Made by a program: the position numbers and the translations under genes | The notes under the pieces: generated by a model | What the model was told of the DNA's origin: nothing | Database searches by the model: none | What the model saw: the letters and a program-made list of their open reading frames with translations, nothing else | IMG/VR virus record: IMGVR_UViG_2974731481_000001 | Span: 1 to 64,000 of that record | Length of the DNA stretch: 64,000 nucleotides | Strand: one strand, 5' to 3' | DNA from: a virus | Taxonomy: Duplodnaviria; Caudoviricetes | Shown: in pieces, positions 7,309-17,544 of the stretch | How the letters are laid out: the number at the start of each line of letters is the position of its first letter | How positions within the stretch are numbered: position 1 is the first letter of the stretch

Positions 7309-9591
7309 ATGGCAGATAATAATACAGTTGAAGAACTTATTCGCACTTATCCTTTTCTTAACTACATCAATGAGGATAAATCACATTATAAGCATGCAAA
7401 AGATGCAGGCTATGATGATCCTTATGATTTATTTCTTATTGGTGATAGTGGAGGTTTTCTTCTTAATATAAATGCTGGCGATAAATTTGTTAATACTCAT
7501 TTACTTACTGAGATGGCAGATTTTTATCGTAAAAATAAAAAGTATACATTCTTTAAAGAAGATAGTATCCCTCATAGACAATTAAGAAAAAGAGAAGAAT
7601 ATAGAAGAAGATATGGTTTTACTGCTCCTTGTTGGTTAAGGAATGGTGAACTAGTTGATTGTCATATTACTGGACATCATTATAATTTTCTAAATTATAC
7701 TATGATGGAACAGCTTGATACTAGTAAAATTAAATCTAGTGATAAAGCAAGTACTGGTTCTAAATATTATGATTTTAGTAAATTTATTGATGCTCAGTTT
7801 TGGACATTTCAAGTAATTGATTTTGCTAGACGTAACGGTTTTCATCTTATTATAGACAAAACTCGTCGTGGTGGATTCTCTTACATTATGGCTTCAAAGA
7901 GTTCTAATACTCTTAATCTTCTTCCTCGTAAAGTTGTAATTCATGTTGCAGCTGATAAAAAGTTCTTAACTGCTACTGGTGGTTTAACAGACTTTACAAT
8001 TAACAACCTTCGTTTCTTTGAAACTAAAACTCCTTTTGTTAAAGGTATTCTATCTACTGATAAAGAAAACTTTAGATTAGGATTTAAACTTCCTAATGGT
8101 ATTGTTTCTCCAAAAGCTTGGAATTCTGCTCTTTTTAGTGTATCTGCTATGAATAATCCTAACTGTGCTATTGGTAAGGATGCTGTTGAAGTAGATGTTG
8201 AAGAGTTGTCAGAGATGGAAAACTTTGATGAGTTTATGTCTGTAACTGAACCTGCTATGCGAACTGGTTCTTATGTTACAGGTTTTCTTTGTGCTTGGGG
8301 TACAGCAACAGCTGGTAATATGCAAGTTTTTGAACAAAATTTTTATTCTCCAAAATCTTTCAATTTTATGCCTTTTGAAAATGTTTGGGATAAAGATTGT
8401 CGTAATGAAATTTGTGGTTATTTTAAAGCTTATCCTTGGGGACTTCAAGGTCAAATAGGAGACCAGTATGCTATGGATGAAGATGGTAATTCTAATCTAG
8501 AAGTTGGTCTTCGTATTGCATTTGAAGAAAGAAAAAAGAAAAAAGAAACAGCTAAAACATTTGCTGATTATATTAACTATCTTGGTCAGTATGCTATGAT
8601 GCCTGCTGAGTCATTTAGTTCTGCTACAGAAAATCTTTTTAGTAGTGAAGAACTTATGGCTTGGGAAGAAAGACTTAGAATAGATAATGCTTTTAAATTT
8701 TATAGTGATGGTTGGTTGTTTGAAAAGAATGGTATTGTAGAGTTTAAAACTAATGCACGAATAGAAGTAGAAGGTGGTAAGCATAATGTAGATTATTGGG
8801 ATTGGATTGAAGGTGTTCCTCGTAAAGGACATGAACATCCTCATGGTTGTATTCGTAAATGGTTTAATCCTATGAAAATACAGTATACTGAAAAAGATGG
8901 TAAAGTAGTTACTGGAACTCCTCCTGGCTTATATTCTATTAGCTATGACCCTGTAGGTGTAAATAAAGAAAATAAAGCTATCACTCTTAAGCACTCTCAC
9001 AATAGTATTGAAGTTTGGATGAATCCTCATCCTTGTAATAATTTCAAAAGTGCTCTTGTTGCTGCTTATTATGGACGTCCTGAAAAGTTGGAAGAAGCTG
9101 ATTTAGTTTGTTTACGACTTGCTAAATATTATAATTGTATTGGTACAACTGGTGTCGAGATTAACCGAGGTGAAACTGTTAGTAACTTTACTAAATGGAA
9201 AGCACTAAAGTATCTTATGAAAGATCCTGTTGAAATTTGGGATACTAGTCTTAAAGCTTCATCTGCTGCTAGCTATGGTGTTAATATGGGTGATGGTCCA
9301 AAGAAACTTGAAGGTCTTCGTTTGCTAAAAGAAATGTTGTATTCTGTAGTAGGTAAAGATGAACTAGGTAGAGATGTTAAACTTTATCAAACTATATATT
9401 GTTATCAACATATTCTTGAACTTAAAAAGTGGAATGCTTTAGGTAACTTTGACCGTGTTTCTTCTATGATTGTAAGAGCACTTCAGTGGAAACTTGAAGA
9501 TATTAGAGCAACTAAGGCTCTTGCTCACAGAAAGAAACTTAAAGATAGTGATGAATATTCTAAAGATATTTTACATAGAAATTGGTTTTAA
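7309..9591 (+). CDS. terL: Terminase large subunit
   Basis: Walker A-like KTRRGGFSY, Walker B-like VDVEE, nuclease-domain SYDP, EINRG and FDRVSS; position before portal. Confidence 0.93.
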   Translation: MADNNTVEELIRTYPFLNYINEDKSHYKHAKDAGYDDPYDLFLIGDSGGFLLNINAGDKFVNTHLLTEMADFYRKNKKYTFFKEDSIPHRQLRKREEYRRRYGFTAPCWLRNGELVDCHITGHHYNFLNYTMMEQLDTSKIKSSDKASTGSKYYDFSKFIDAQFWTFQVIDFARRNGFHLIIDKTRRGGFSYIMASKSSNTLNLLPRKVVIHVAADKKFLTATGGLTDFTINNLRFFETKTPFVKGILSTDKENFRLGFKLPNGIVSPKAWNSALFSVSAMNNPNCAIGKDAVEVDVEELSEMENFDEFMSVTEPAMRTGSYVTGFLCAWGTATAGNMQVFEQNFYSPKSFNFMPFENVWDKDCRNEICGYFKAYPWGLQGQIGDQYAMDEDGNSNLEVGLRIAFEERKKKKETAKTFADYINYLGQYAMMPAESFSSATENLFSSEELMAWEERLRIDNAFKFYSDGWLFEKNGIVEFKTNARIEVEGGKHNVDYWDWIEGVPRKGHEHPHGCIRKWFNPMKIQYTEKDGKVVTGTPPGLYSISYDPVGVNKENKAITLKHSHNSIEVWMNPHPCNNFKSALVAAYYGRPEKLEEADLVCLRLAKYYNCIGTTGVEINRGETVSNFTKWKALKYLMKDPVEIWDTSLKASSAASYGVNMGDGPKKLEGLRLLKEMLYSVVGKDELGRDVKLYQTIYCYQHILELKKWNALGNFDRVSSMIVRALQWKLEDIRATKALAHRKKLKDSDEYSKDILHRNWF
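9567..9591 (+). repeat. 25-bp terL 3' end, repeated exactly at 10279-10303 and degenerately at 11137-11155
   Basis: TATTTTACATAGAAATTGGTTTTAA read at both positions. Confidence 0.9.
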
Positions 9592-9594
9592 ATT

Positions 9595-10251
9595 ATGTCT
9601 ACAAAAAATACAAATAATAGTATAAAAACTATTAAAGGACGTTTACCTTTTAGAGAAGTTGTAGTATATCCTTCACAAGAACAACAACGTAAAGCTGCTG
9701 TTAGAAGAACTTTAGCTGCTACAACACCTAATACTAATTTTAATAATGCTATAGATTTAACTTATAATGAAAGAAAAAAGTTAAATGATATGCAAAAAGC
9801 TAATTGGTTTGAACAATTAATTAATGGTTATATTAGATTTCCTTATAATTGTATAAATACAGCTACTGGATGGATTACAAATAATAAACAAACTATTGCT
9901 AGAAATAAAAATCTTTATGATAATCCTGAAAAATATGGATATAAAGAAGTAAGTTTTAACGAAGCACAACCTGGAGATTTAATGCAATATATTAGTGATA
10001 ATGTTCCTTGGCATTCAGGTGTGTTGGTATCAAAAGATGATATTGATAAAAATAGTAAAAAATTACTTAATATAAAAAATAGAAAACATTATACATCTTT
10101 TTATGTTAAGTCTAGTTCGGGAGATGATAAACTTAATCCTATTAGACATTATAGTTTAGAAGAAATTGGTAAGGAAAATTCAGATTTAGATTCAATGCCA
10201 AAATTTTATAGATATACTTATCCTAATTCTGGAGTTAAATTTATTAAATAA
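9595..10251 (+). CDS. Inserted gene A: NlpC/P60 (papain-like) peptidase-like protein
   Basis: YNCINTAT ... AQPGDLM ... WHSGVLV gives the Cys / GD / His pattern. Confidence 0.55.
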   Translation: MSTKNTNNSIKTIKGRLPFREVVVYPSQEQQRKAAVRRTLAATTPNTNFNNAIDLTYNERKKLNDMQKANWFEQLINGYIRFPYNCINTATGWITNNKQTIARNKNLYDNPEKYGYKEVSFNEAQPGDLMQYISDNVPWHSGVLVSKDDIDKNSKKLLNIKNRKHYTSFYVKSSSGDDKLNPIRHYSLEEIGKENSDLDSMPKFYRYTYPNSGVKFIK

Positions 10252-10307
10252 TATATTATTCTACCAAATTATAAAGCGTATTTTACATAGAAATTGGTTT
10301 TAATGTT

Positions 10308-11138
10308 ATGAATAAACCTAATAAAAAAATTAAATTGTCTTTATTAGATAAAATAAAGCATAATGTATCTACTCTTTTAATGGATATAGGAAGAGGACAA
10401 TTATCTACTATTCCTAGTACCGATTATAAACATATAGGTTATGATGGAGGTACTGCTCAAAGAACATATTTTATGGATAGAGATAGTCAGAAAAGAATAT
10501 TTCTTAGAGATGGATATATTGAAGATACTTCTAAAAATTATGGTCTTGTTAAAAAAGCTGTAAATAATAGAAATATTCCAATATATCAAAGAGCTCCTGA
10601 TGATGAAAAAAGAGAAAATCTTATACCTATAGGTAATGTATATAATTATTGGTATGGTAAACCAGAAGCTGACTTAATTCATGCAGGTTCTTATCCTACA
10701 GCTATTTATATAAATCCTAATACTAAAAAAATATATCAAAAAGCTTGGGATTTAAATGATTATGGAGATAGTGCTGGAGGTAATGGTGCTAGTTCTAAAT
10801 ATACAGGATTTAGAAAATTTAAAGCTAACTTATCTGATAAATTAGGTTCTCCTGTAGTAGTAACATCAGGTATTTCAGAAGTAGGAGATATTAACGCTTT
10901 ATATAAACGTTCTGATACAAAAGACATAATAAAAATGGTAGATGATTTTTATGAATCTAAAGGTTTGAAAAGATTTACTAATGTTAAAGAAGAACAACTG
11001 AATGATATTAGTGGTAAACCAATGATAGATATAAATGGAAAACCTATTATATTTGAATCTAGTTATCAAGATTATGCTCTTCCTGAAGTTATAATAACAG
11101 GTAAACGTAAAAGAAAAACATTAAGTGGAAAATATTAA
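10308..11138 (+). CDS. Inserted gene B: hypothetical protein, possibly virion cargo
   Basis: 276-aa ORF with C-terminal LPEVIITGKRKRK. Confidence 0.75.
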   Translation: MNKPNKKIKLSLLDKIKHNVSTLLMDIGRGQLSTIPSTDYKHIGYDGGTAQRTYFMDRDSQKRIFLRDGYIEDTSKNYGLVKKAVNNRNIPIYQRAPDDEKRENLIPIGNVYNYWYGKPEADLIHAGSYPTAIYINPNTKKIYQKAWDLNDYGDSAGGNGASSKYTGFRKFKANLSDKLGSPVVVTSGISEVGDINALYKRSDTKDIIKMVDDFYESKGLKRFTNVKEEQLNDISGKPMIDINGKPIIFESSYQDYALPEVIITGKRKRKTLSGKY

Positions 11139-11156
11139 ATAAAAATTGATTTTAAT

Positions 11157-11855
11157 ATGGCTAAAAAATCTATTAAAACTCAGAAAGGTTATAATGATGA
11201 TTGGTCTGATAAAGTTGAACCTTATACTTCTGCATTAGGTCTTGCAGGAGATGTTGTAGGGTTAGGAACAGCAGCTACAGGAATAGGTGCTATACCAGGA
11301 GCCATTATAGCAGGACTCACTAATATTCCTAATACGATTATAGACGGATATCAATTCGGTAGAGATATTTATAGAGGTATAAATGATGGTTGGGACGAAA
11401 ATGGAAAATCAGTTTTATGGAATGGAGCAGAACTAGCATTAGATTATCTTCCAGTAAAAGCATTAAAATATTTAAATAAAGCCAAAACAGCTAGTGTTGC
11501 TTCAGCTAAAACATATAGTGCTGCAGAAAGAAAAGCACATTCTACTTATAGAAGAGTTGGAACTGGTGCTGGAAGAGTTCAAGCACAAAAGGCATTTAAA
11601 TCTAAAATTAGATACAATAAAGCTAGAGATCAAGCTTTTACACAAGCAGTTGATTATTTATCAAAAAGAGGTATAAGACCAATACAAGGAGATTACTTTA
11701 ATAAAAAACTTATAGAAGAAATGGCAACTAGAGGTTTTGGTGTATCAGCTAATGATGCTATACAATCTGCTAAAAATACAATTAGACAAAATCAAATAAT
11801 TTCTAATGCTATTTCTTGTACAAATAACGCTAGACATACACTTAAATTAAAATGA
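11157..11855 (+). CDS. Inserted gene C: Gly-zipper hydrophobic N-terminus and basic C-terminus
   Basis: ALGLAGDVVGLGTAATGIGAIPGAIIAG; N-terminal SIKTQKG resembles gene A SIKTIKG. Confidence 0.75.
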   Translation: MAKKSIKTQKGYNDDWSDKVEPYTSALGLAGDVVGLGTAATGIGAIPGAIIAGLTNIPNTIIDGYQFGRDIYRGINDGWDENGKSVLWNGAELALDYLPVKALKYLNKAKTASVASAKTYSAAERKAHSTYRRVGTGAGRVQAQKAFKSKIRYNKARDQAFTQAVDYLSKRGIRPIQGDYFNKKLIEEMATRGFGVSANDAIQSAKNTIRQNQIISNAISCTNNARHTLKLK

Positions 11856-11862
11856 TAATATT

Positions 11863-14277
11863 ATGCTACCAAATTATCAAGCTTATTTTCCTCAACAAAG
11901 AGTTGATGGTGCTACCAAACAAAAACCTGAATGGTATGCTAATTGTATTGACTATGTGATTAATGCTGGTCTTGCTTGTAATGACAGAAGTAAAGATGAA
12001 ACTATGTTGAGTATTCAACGTGGTATGATTCCTGATGATTATTATAAGAAGACTCTTAATCCTTATAATAGTACAAATGAAAAGTATACTCGTTTTCCTG
12101 CTACTATGCGTAATCTTGATATAATGAACGATATTATTCGTCGTTATGTTTCAGAATATTTTAAAGGAGTACACGAGTTTATTGTTGGTGCTAATAATCC
12201 AGAAATAGTTCTTAATAAAAATGCTAAACTTAAAGAAGAGATTGGTAAGTTAGCTCAACAAGCATTTCAAGCAGAGTTTGAAAAACAATATAAAGCTATG
12301 GTTCAGAAAGCTCAACAACAAGGTCAAGATCCTAGTACTATTGACCCACAAGAAGCAATGCCTGATCCAGAACAATTTGTTAGAGAATTTAATGAAAAAT
12401 ATATAGATGACGAAAGTAAACAAGCACAAGATGTTCTTGATTATATTCGTGCTATAACAGAAGATAATTTAATTTATCTATCTGCTTTCTTTAATTATTC
12501 TGCACTTGGTGAATGCTATAGCTATGCAGATGTTCGAGGAAATAAATTCATTAAAGAAAATGTTCCTGTACTTGAAGCTTATCCTGTTCCTAATGATAAA
12601 TTCTTTGTAGAGGATTATGATATGTTTGCTCGTAAGATGCTTCTTTCATATCAACAAATTATGGATATGTTTGATGATAATCTTACTGATAAAGACAGAA
12701 AATTCCTTGAAACATATTATGCTAAAGATAATACTACAGGTCCTGTAACAATGTTATCTTATAGTCAAATGTTTGAAAGTTATCCAGATGTTTGTGGAAA
12801 GTTTGGAAAAGAAGAACGTGAACTATTTAAGAAAGATCCTGTTAGAGTTTCTGAAGTTAATAGTAATCTTTATGAAGTTTGGCATGTTGTTTGGCGGGGT
12901 GAAGTTAAACAAGGTATTCTTACTTATATTAATGAAATAGGAATGCAAACTACTCGTATTGTAGACGAAGATTATAAATTAAATAAAGAAGCTGGAGATA
13001 TTAGCATTGAGTGGGCTTATGAACCTCAAGTTTATGAAGGTTATCGTATAGGTCATCGTTATGCTTCTATTTATCCAATTAAAGCTAGACCTATAGCATT
13101 TAATCGAGGTGGTAAACTTCCTTATAATGGTATTATGGAAATTCTACCTTATATGGGTAAGTTTAGTATAATTAAACTTATTACTCCTTATCAGATAATG
13201 CGAAACATATTCGCTTATCATAGAGAAATGGTTATAGCAAAAAATAAGATGCTTATTCTCTTGTTACCTGAATCTCTTATTGCTTCTAATACAGAAGATA
13301 AATTGTATAAAATGGCAGCAGATGGAGTATTGCTTGTAGATGATGATGAAGATTCTAACGGTGTTAAGATGCAACAAATTCGTATGCTTAATGCTAGCAT
13401 GGGAGATTATATTCGTCAGATTACAGACCTTATGGAAGCTACTAAACTTGAAGCTCGTGAAATGGTAGATATGAATATGCAACGTTATGGTGATATCGCT
13501 CAATCTGCTGGAGCTGCTACTACACAAGAAGCAATTACTCGTTCTTCTATGGGTATGGTTATTCTTGTTCAAATGTTTGATGAGTTCCGTAAGCATGATT
13601 ATAATCGTGATCTTGATTATTGCAAACTTGCTTATATAGATGGTCTTGATACTTCGTATTGGGATGCTCTTGGACAACGTAGATTTATTAGTCTTGATGT
13701 AAATAGTTTTGTAGCATCTGATTATTCTACTACTGTTCGTAATGACCAAAAAGAACTTGATAAACTTCAACAACTTCGTCAATGGGCATTTAGTGCTGCA
13801 CAAAATGGCGACCTTGATATGGCACTTGCTGCTATATCTGGAGACAATGTGACACAAATTAAAGCAACAGTGGAGAAGTTTATGGAGATTAAACGTCAAC
13901 ACGAAGAACAGATGCAACAAATGGATCAGATGTTGAAACAAGAGGAGTTACAAAACAAGATTGCTGAAATTCAAGCTAAAGGTGAAGAAGATAGAAAAAC
14001 AGAAGAACTTAAGTATTATTACGAAATGCAACTTAAGTATGTTGATGTTGATATGTCTTTAATGGGTACAGCTTCGCAAGATGATGGAGCTAAGACTCGA
14101 CTTCAACAAATAGCTGAAGCAAATAAAAATCAAATAGAGCAACAAAAACTTCAACTTACTCGCCAACAAATGCAAGCTGATTTATATAATAAAGCTGCTG
14201 ATAGACAAGTTAAAAGAGAAGATATGGTTTCTAAAGAAAAGATTGCTAAGATGAATAAAAATAGATATGATAAATAA
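11863..14277 (+). CDS. Portal protein
   Basis: 804 aa, N-terminal FPQQRV...WY..CID, Q/E-rich coiled-coil C-terminus; canonical terL-portal-X-MCP order. Confidence 0.9.
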   Translation: MLPNYQAYFPQQRVDGATKQKPEWYANCIDYVINAGLACNDRSKDETMLSIQRGMIPDDYYKKTLNPYNSTNEKYTRFPATMRNLDIMNDIIRRYVSEYFKGVHEFIVGANNPEIVLNKNAKLKEEIGKLAQQAFQAEFEKQYKAMVQKAQQQGQDPSTIDPQEAMPDPEQFVREFNEKYIDDESKQAQDVLDYIRAITEDNLIYLSAFFNYSALGECYSYADVRGNKFIKENVPVLEAYPVPNDKFFVEDYDMFARKMLLSYQQIMDMFDDNLTDKDRKFLETYYAKDNTTGPVTMLSYSQMFESYPDVCGKFGKEERELFKKDPVRVSEVNSNLYEVWHVVWRGEVKQGILTYINEIGMQTTRIVDEDYKLNKEAGDISIEWAYEPQVYEGYRIGHRYASIYPIKARPIAFNRGGKLPYNGIMEILPYMGKFSIIKLITPYQIMRNIFAYHREMVIAKNKMLILLLPESLIASNTEDKLYKMAADGVLLVDDDEDSNGVKMQQIRMLNASMGDYIRQITDLMEATKLEAREMVDMNMQRYGDIAQSAGAATTQEAITRSSMGMVILVQMFDEFRKHDYNRDLDYCKLAYIDGLDTSYWDALGQRRFISLDVNSFVASDYSTTVRNDQKELDKLQQLRQWAFSAAQNGDLDMALAAISGDNVTQIKATVEKFMEIKRQHEEQMQQMDQMLKQEELQNKIAEIQAKGEEDRKTEELKYYYEMQLKYVDVDMSLMGTASQDDGAKTRLQQIAEANKNQIEQQKLQLTRQQMQADLYNKAADRQVKREDMVSKEKIAKMNKNRYDK

Positions 14278-14302
14278 GTAGTACATTCCCAAACTACTCT
14301 TT

Positions 14303-14350
14303 GTCCTCCTCATAATGTTAATCATTATCGAGGAGGACTCTTATTTTATT
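14303..14350 (+). terminator. Intrinsic terminator after portal
   Basis: GTCCTCCTC...GAGGAGGAC stem followed by TCTTATTTTATTT. Confidence 0.65.
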
Positions 14351-14600
14351 TAAAATTATTTTGGTTTATTTGAGCGTACTTCTGATTAAGGGTGGATAAC
14401 TTATAAGCAGACTAAAAGATAATGTAACAGACAAAGCAAAAAGTGGCAAATTCAGGGTATTTTTATACCTTATTTATATACGCACATAAGAGCCATATTA
14501 CTGGTATTTAGAGTGCAATTATTGTTAGCAGTATTAATTTTCTATATAATTTTGTTAATACTATTTAAGATATTAATGATGTTAAAAAGATTGAGATTTG

Positions 14601-14632
14601 TTTGGTACATATAGATAAAAGTAGTATCTTTG
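14601..14632 (+). promoter_or_regulatory. Bacteroidota primary-sigma promoter for the capsid operon
   Basis: TTTG (14601-14604), 20-nt spacer, TATCTTTG (14625-14632): perfect consensus. Confidence 0.8.
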
Positions 14633-14681
14633 CATCATCTAAAGTTAAGCAAATAACAAATATTAATCTAAAAGTAAAATT

Positions 14682-16004
14682 ATGGCTGTAGCTGATATTG
14701 ATTTCGAAGGTACTAGTGGAAACGGAACTGGTTCTGGCACTGGTAATGGTAACGAAGGTAATGGCGGTCAAGGTAATGGCGGTCAGGAAGATGTTACTAA
14801 TCTCAATGGTGGTAGCAATGCTGATATTACAGGTCAAGATGGTAATCATGGCGGTGATGGAGGTAATGGTGACCAAGGAGGTAATCAAGGTAGTGAAGGT
14901 AATAACGGAGGAGAGAACGATGGTAGCTCTTCTACGGGGGAGCTTTCAGAAGGTGATACTATTGAATTCGATGGTACTACTTACACTGTAGATGCTTCTG
15001 GTAATCTTGTTGATGATAAAGGTAATGTCTTTAAAGAAGCTAAAGATGTAGCTGATTGGTTGAAGTCTGTTGAAGTTGAGGGTAACGGAGAAGGTTCTGA
15101 TACAATCTCTCTTGCTTCAATTCAAGAAGCTCTCGGTATTATCGTTACAGATGCTGAAGGAAAAAATATAGAATTTACTGATGATGCAGCAGGAGTCAAG
15201 GCTTATGTTGATGCTGTTATTGATTTAAAGTCTAAAGACCTTCAGCAAGCAGCAGTTAATAAACTGTATGCTGATAATCCTCTTCTTAAACAGTTTACTG
15301 ATTATGTTCAGTTGACCGGTACTGCTAAAGGTTTTGGTGAAATTCCTGATCGTAGTGGTATTCAACTTGATAAAGAGAATGAGGATCAACTTAAAGCAGT
15401 TATTCGTATGGCTGCAAAAGAGTTTGGTAATAAGAGTCTTAATGAAAATTATATTAAATATCTTAAGGATAGTGGTGGTCTTTATGATGAGGCTAAAGTT
15501 CAACTTCAGGCACTTGTTGAAAAAGATGTTGCTGTTCGTAGGGATATTGAGGCTCGTGCTCAAGCTCAACGTGATACAGAAGCAAAAGCTGTAAGTGATT
15601 ATTGGAATAAAGTTAACAATGTTATCAATAGTAGAATTATTGCTGGATACAAACTTCCTGAAAGTTTTACTAAGGAAGTAAATGGACAAAAGGTGATTAT
15701 AACACCTAATGATTTCTATAATTATCTCTCTAAAGCAACAGAAACTGATACTGATGGTAATAAAGTTACAGGTTATCAAAGGGATTTAAATAAACTTACT
15801 GATGACGAATATCTCAATCGTGAATTACTTGATGCTTGGTTAATGTTTACTGGTGGAACTTATAAAGATTTGATTGCTATGGCTGTAAATGAAGATAAAG
15901 TTCGTCAACTTCGTGTTAAATCTAAAGAACAACGTTCTACAAAAACAGTAAAGGTTATTAAGAAGCAAGGTGGTAAAGTAGATATGAACGATATTGTTCT
16001 TTAA
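14682..16004 (+). CDS. Conserved gene upstream of MCP (putative scaffolding/assembly protein)
   Basis: 440 aa with acidic Gly/Asn-rich disordered N-terminus; lies between portal and MCP. Confidence 0.7.
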   Translation: MAVADIDFEGTSGNGTGSGTGNGNEGNGGQGNGGQEDVTNLNGGSNADITGQDGNHGGDGGNGDQGGNQGSEGNNGGENDGSSSTGELSEGDTIEFDGTTYTVDASGNLVDDKGNVFKEAKDVADWLKSVEVEGNGEGSDTISLASIQEALGIIVTDAEGKNIEFTDDAAGVKAYVDAVIDLKSKDLQQAAVNKLYADNPLLKQFTDYVQLTGTAKGFGEIPDRSGIQLDKENEDQLKAVIRMAAKEFGNKSLNENYIKYLKDSGGLYDEAKVQLQALVEKDVAVRRDIEARAQAQRDTEAKAVSDYWNKVNNVINSRIIAGYKLPESFTKEVNGQKVIITPNDFYNYLSKATETDTDGNKVTGYQRDLNKLTDDEYLNRELLDAWLMFTGGTYKDLIAMAVNEDKVRQLRVKSKEQRSTKTVKVIKKQGGKVDMNDIVL

Positions 16005-16039
16005 ATCCTTTTAATTATTTAATTTTATATTAAAGTATT

Positions 16040-17515
16040 ATGTACAAACTTAGAGAAGTATCTCGTGGCAATTATGATGACCGTGGTTACTCTAATGAAG
16101 AGACCATTGCTCATCTTATGCTCGCTAAGCCAGAGGAGATTAACAATGTTCTTACTTATACTTATGGTATGGACGATGACCGTTTCCCTCTGACATTTTT
16201 AACTGAAGGTCAAGGTAATGCTGGTGTAGTTGATATTGCTACAGTTCAGTGGACTTGGAAGACTATGGGACGTATGAAGTTTAATGACTTTGTGCTTTAT
16301 TTTAACAATGCTAATACAACTCCTGGTAAGGGTGGTGCTATGTTTGAGGTTGAGTTTAAGACTCACTGGCTTATTGAACAGTATGGTCTTATTGCTCCTG
16401 ATGGCGTTACTCAGGTTCGTATTATGAAAGACCTTGGTGAAGGTCCTCATGGTGGTTATCTTTATCGTCTTAAGCTGACTAATCCTAATCCTAATGCTTA
16501 TGTTGATCCTGAGAATCTTAAGCCTGGTAAGTATTGGTCTATGACTGCTCCTACAATTAGTGAAAGTTACTCTAAGGGTAATCGTTCTAATGTAATGGGT
16601 CCTGGTAAGATGCAAAGTCAGCTTGAGTTCCACCGTTATTCTAAGGAAATTGCTGGTAACATTTCTAATGTTGTTGTAACTTATGAGTTCAAAACTAAGA
16701 GTGGTGGTACTACTAATCTTTGGATTAATGAGGAAATGCGTCAACATGATATTCAGTGTCGTATTATGGATGAAGAGCGTCTTTGGCTTGCTGAATATAA
16801 CCGTGACGTTAATGGTGAAATTCATCTTATTGACCCTGATAATGGTCAGCCTATTCCTCATACTGCTGGTATGCAGCAGATTTGTCGTGAGTCTAACTAT
16901 GACACTTATGGTGAAGTTCTTACTCTGAATAAAATTGAGCGCACTATTGGTGATGTTCTCGACAAAGATACTGATACTGGTGCTATGGAAGTAGTTCTTG
17001 CTTGTGGTAAGGGCTTTTCACAGGATTTCGATATGGCTATTCGTAATGATGCTCGTGCAGAAGGTTTTGCTACTCCTCTTGGTGATAAGATGATTGAGGA
17101 CTTTGAAGGTGGTCTTTCTTATGGTAAGTACTTCCGTCGTTATAAGACTGTAGATGGTCATATTATTACTCTTAAACATCTGCCTTTCCTTGATAATGGT
17201 ACTGTTGCAGAGAATGCTAAGGCTAATGGTATGGTTCATCCTCGTTCAGGTCTTCCTATTACTTCTCACCAGGCATTCCTTATTGACCTTTCAACTTATC
17301 AAGGTGTTCGTAATGTTCGTAAGGTTCGTCAGAAGGGTCAGATTTATAAGGCTGGTGTTCTGAAAGGTCTTACTGATATTCCTGCTTCTTGGGGTGCAGT
17401 TCCTACCAATGCTATTTCTACTGAGATTGATATGTCTCGTTATGAAGTTAAGAATAGCTATGGTCTTCAGGTTAATAACGCAACTAAGATGTTCCAGTTG
17501 AAGTGTGTACTCTAA
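16040..17515 (+). CDS. Major capsid protein
   Basis: 491 aa, very strong codon bias, crAss-type size and position. Confidence 0.88.
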   Translation: MYKLREVSRGNYDDRGYSNEETIAHLMLAKPEEINNVLTYTYGMDDDRFPLTFLTEGQGNAGVVDIATVQWTWKTMGRMKFNDFVLYFNNANTTPGKGGAMFEVEFKTHWLIEQYGLIAPDGVTQVRIMKDLGEGPHGGYLYRLKLTNPNPNAYVDPENLKPGKYWSMTAPTISESYSKGNRSNVMGPGKMQSQLEFHRYSKEIAGNISNVVVTYEFKTKSGGTTNLWINEEMRQHDIQCRIMDEERLWLAEYNRDVNGEIHLIDPDNGQPIPHTAGMQQICRESNYDTYGEVLTLNKIERTIGDVLDKDTDTGAMEVVLACGKGFSQDFDMAIRNDARAEGFATPLGDKMIEDFEGGLSYGKYFRRYKTVDGHIITLKHLPFLDNGTVAENAKANGMVHPRSGLPITSHQAFLIDLSTYQGVRNVRKVRQKGQIYKAGVLKGLTDIPASWGAVPTNAISTEIDMSRYEVKNSYGLQVNNATKMFQLKCVL

Positions 17516-17544
17516 TTAGTAATAATAATTAAAATTATAGAACA

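Noticed and set aside
14700-14930. GGN-rich tandem repeats (also the APAT repeats near 47670-47730)
   Set aside because: Explained by low-complexity protein linkers.
7309-17515. Introns, inteins or homing endonucleases in terL, portal or MCP
   Set aside because: The ORFs are continuous and of expected size, with no intein termini or HNH/LAGLIDADG motifs noticed.
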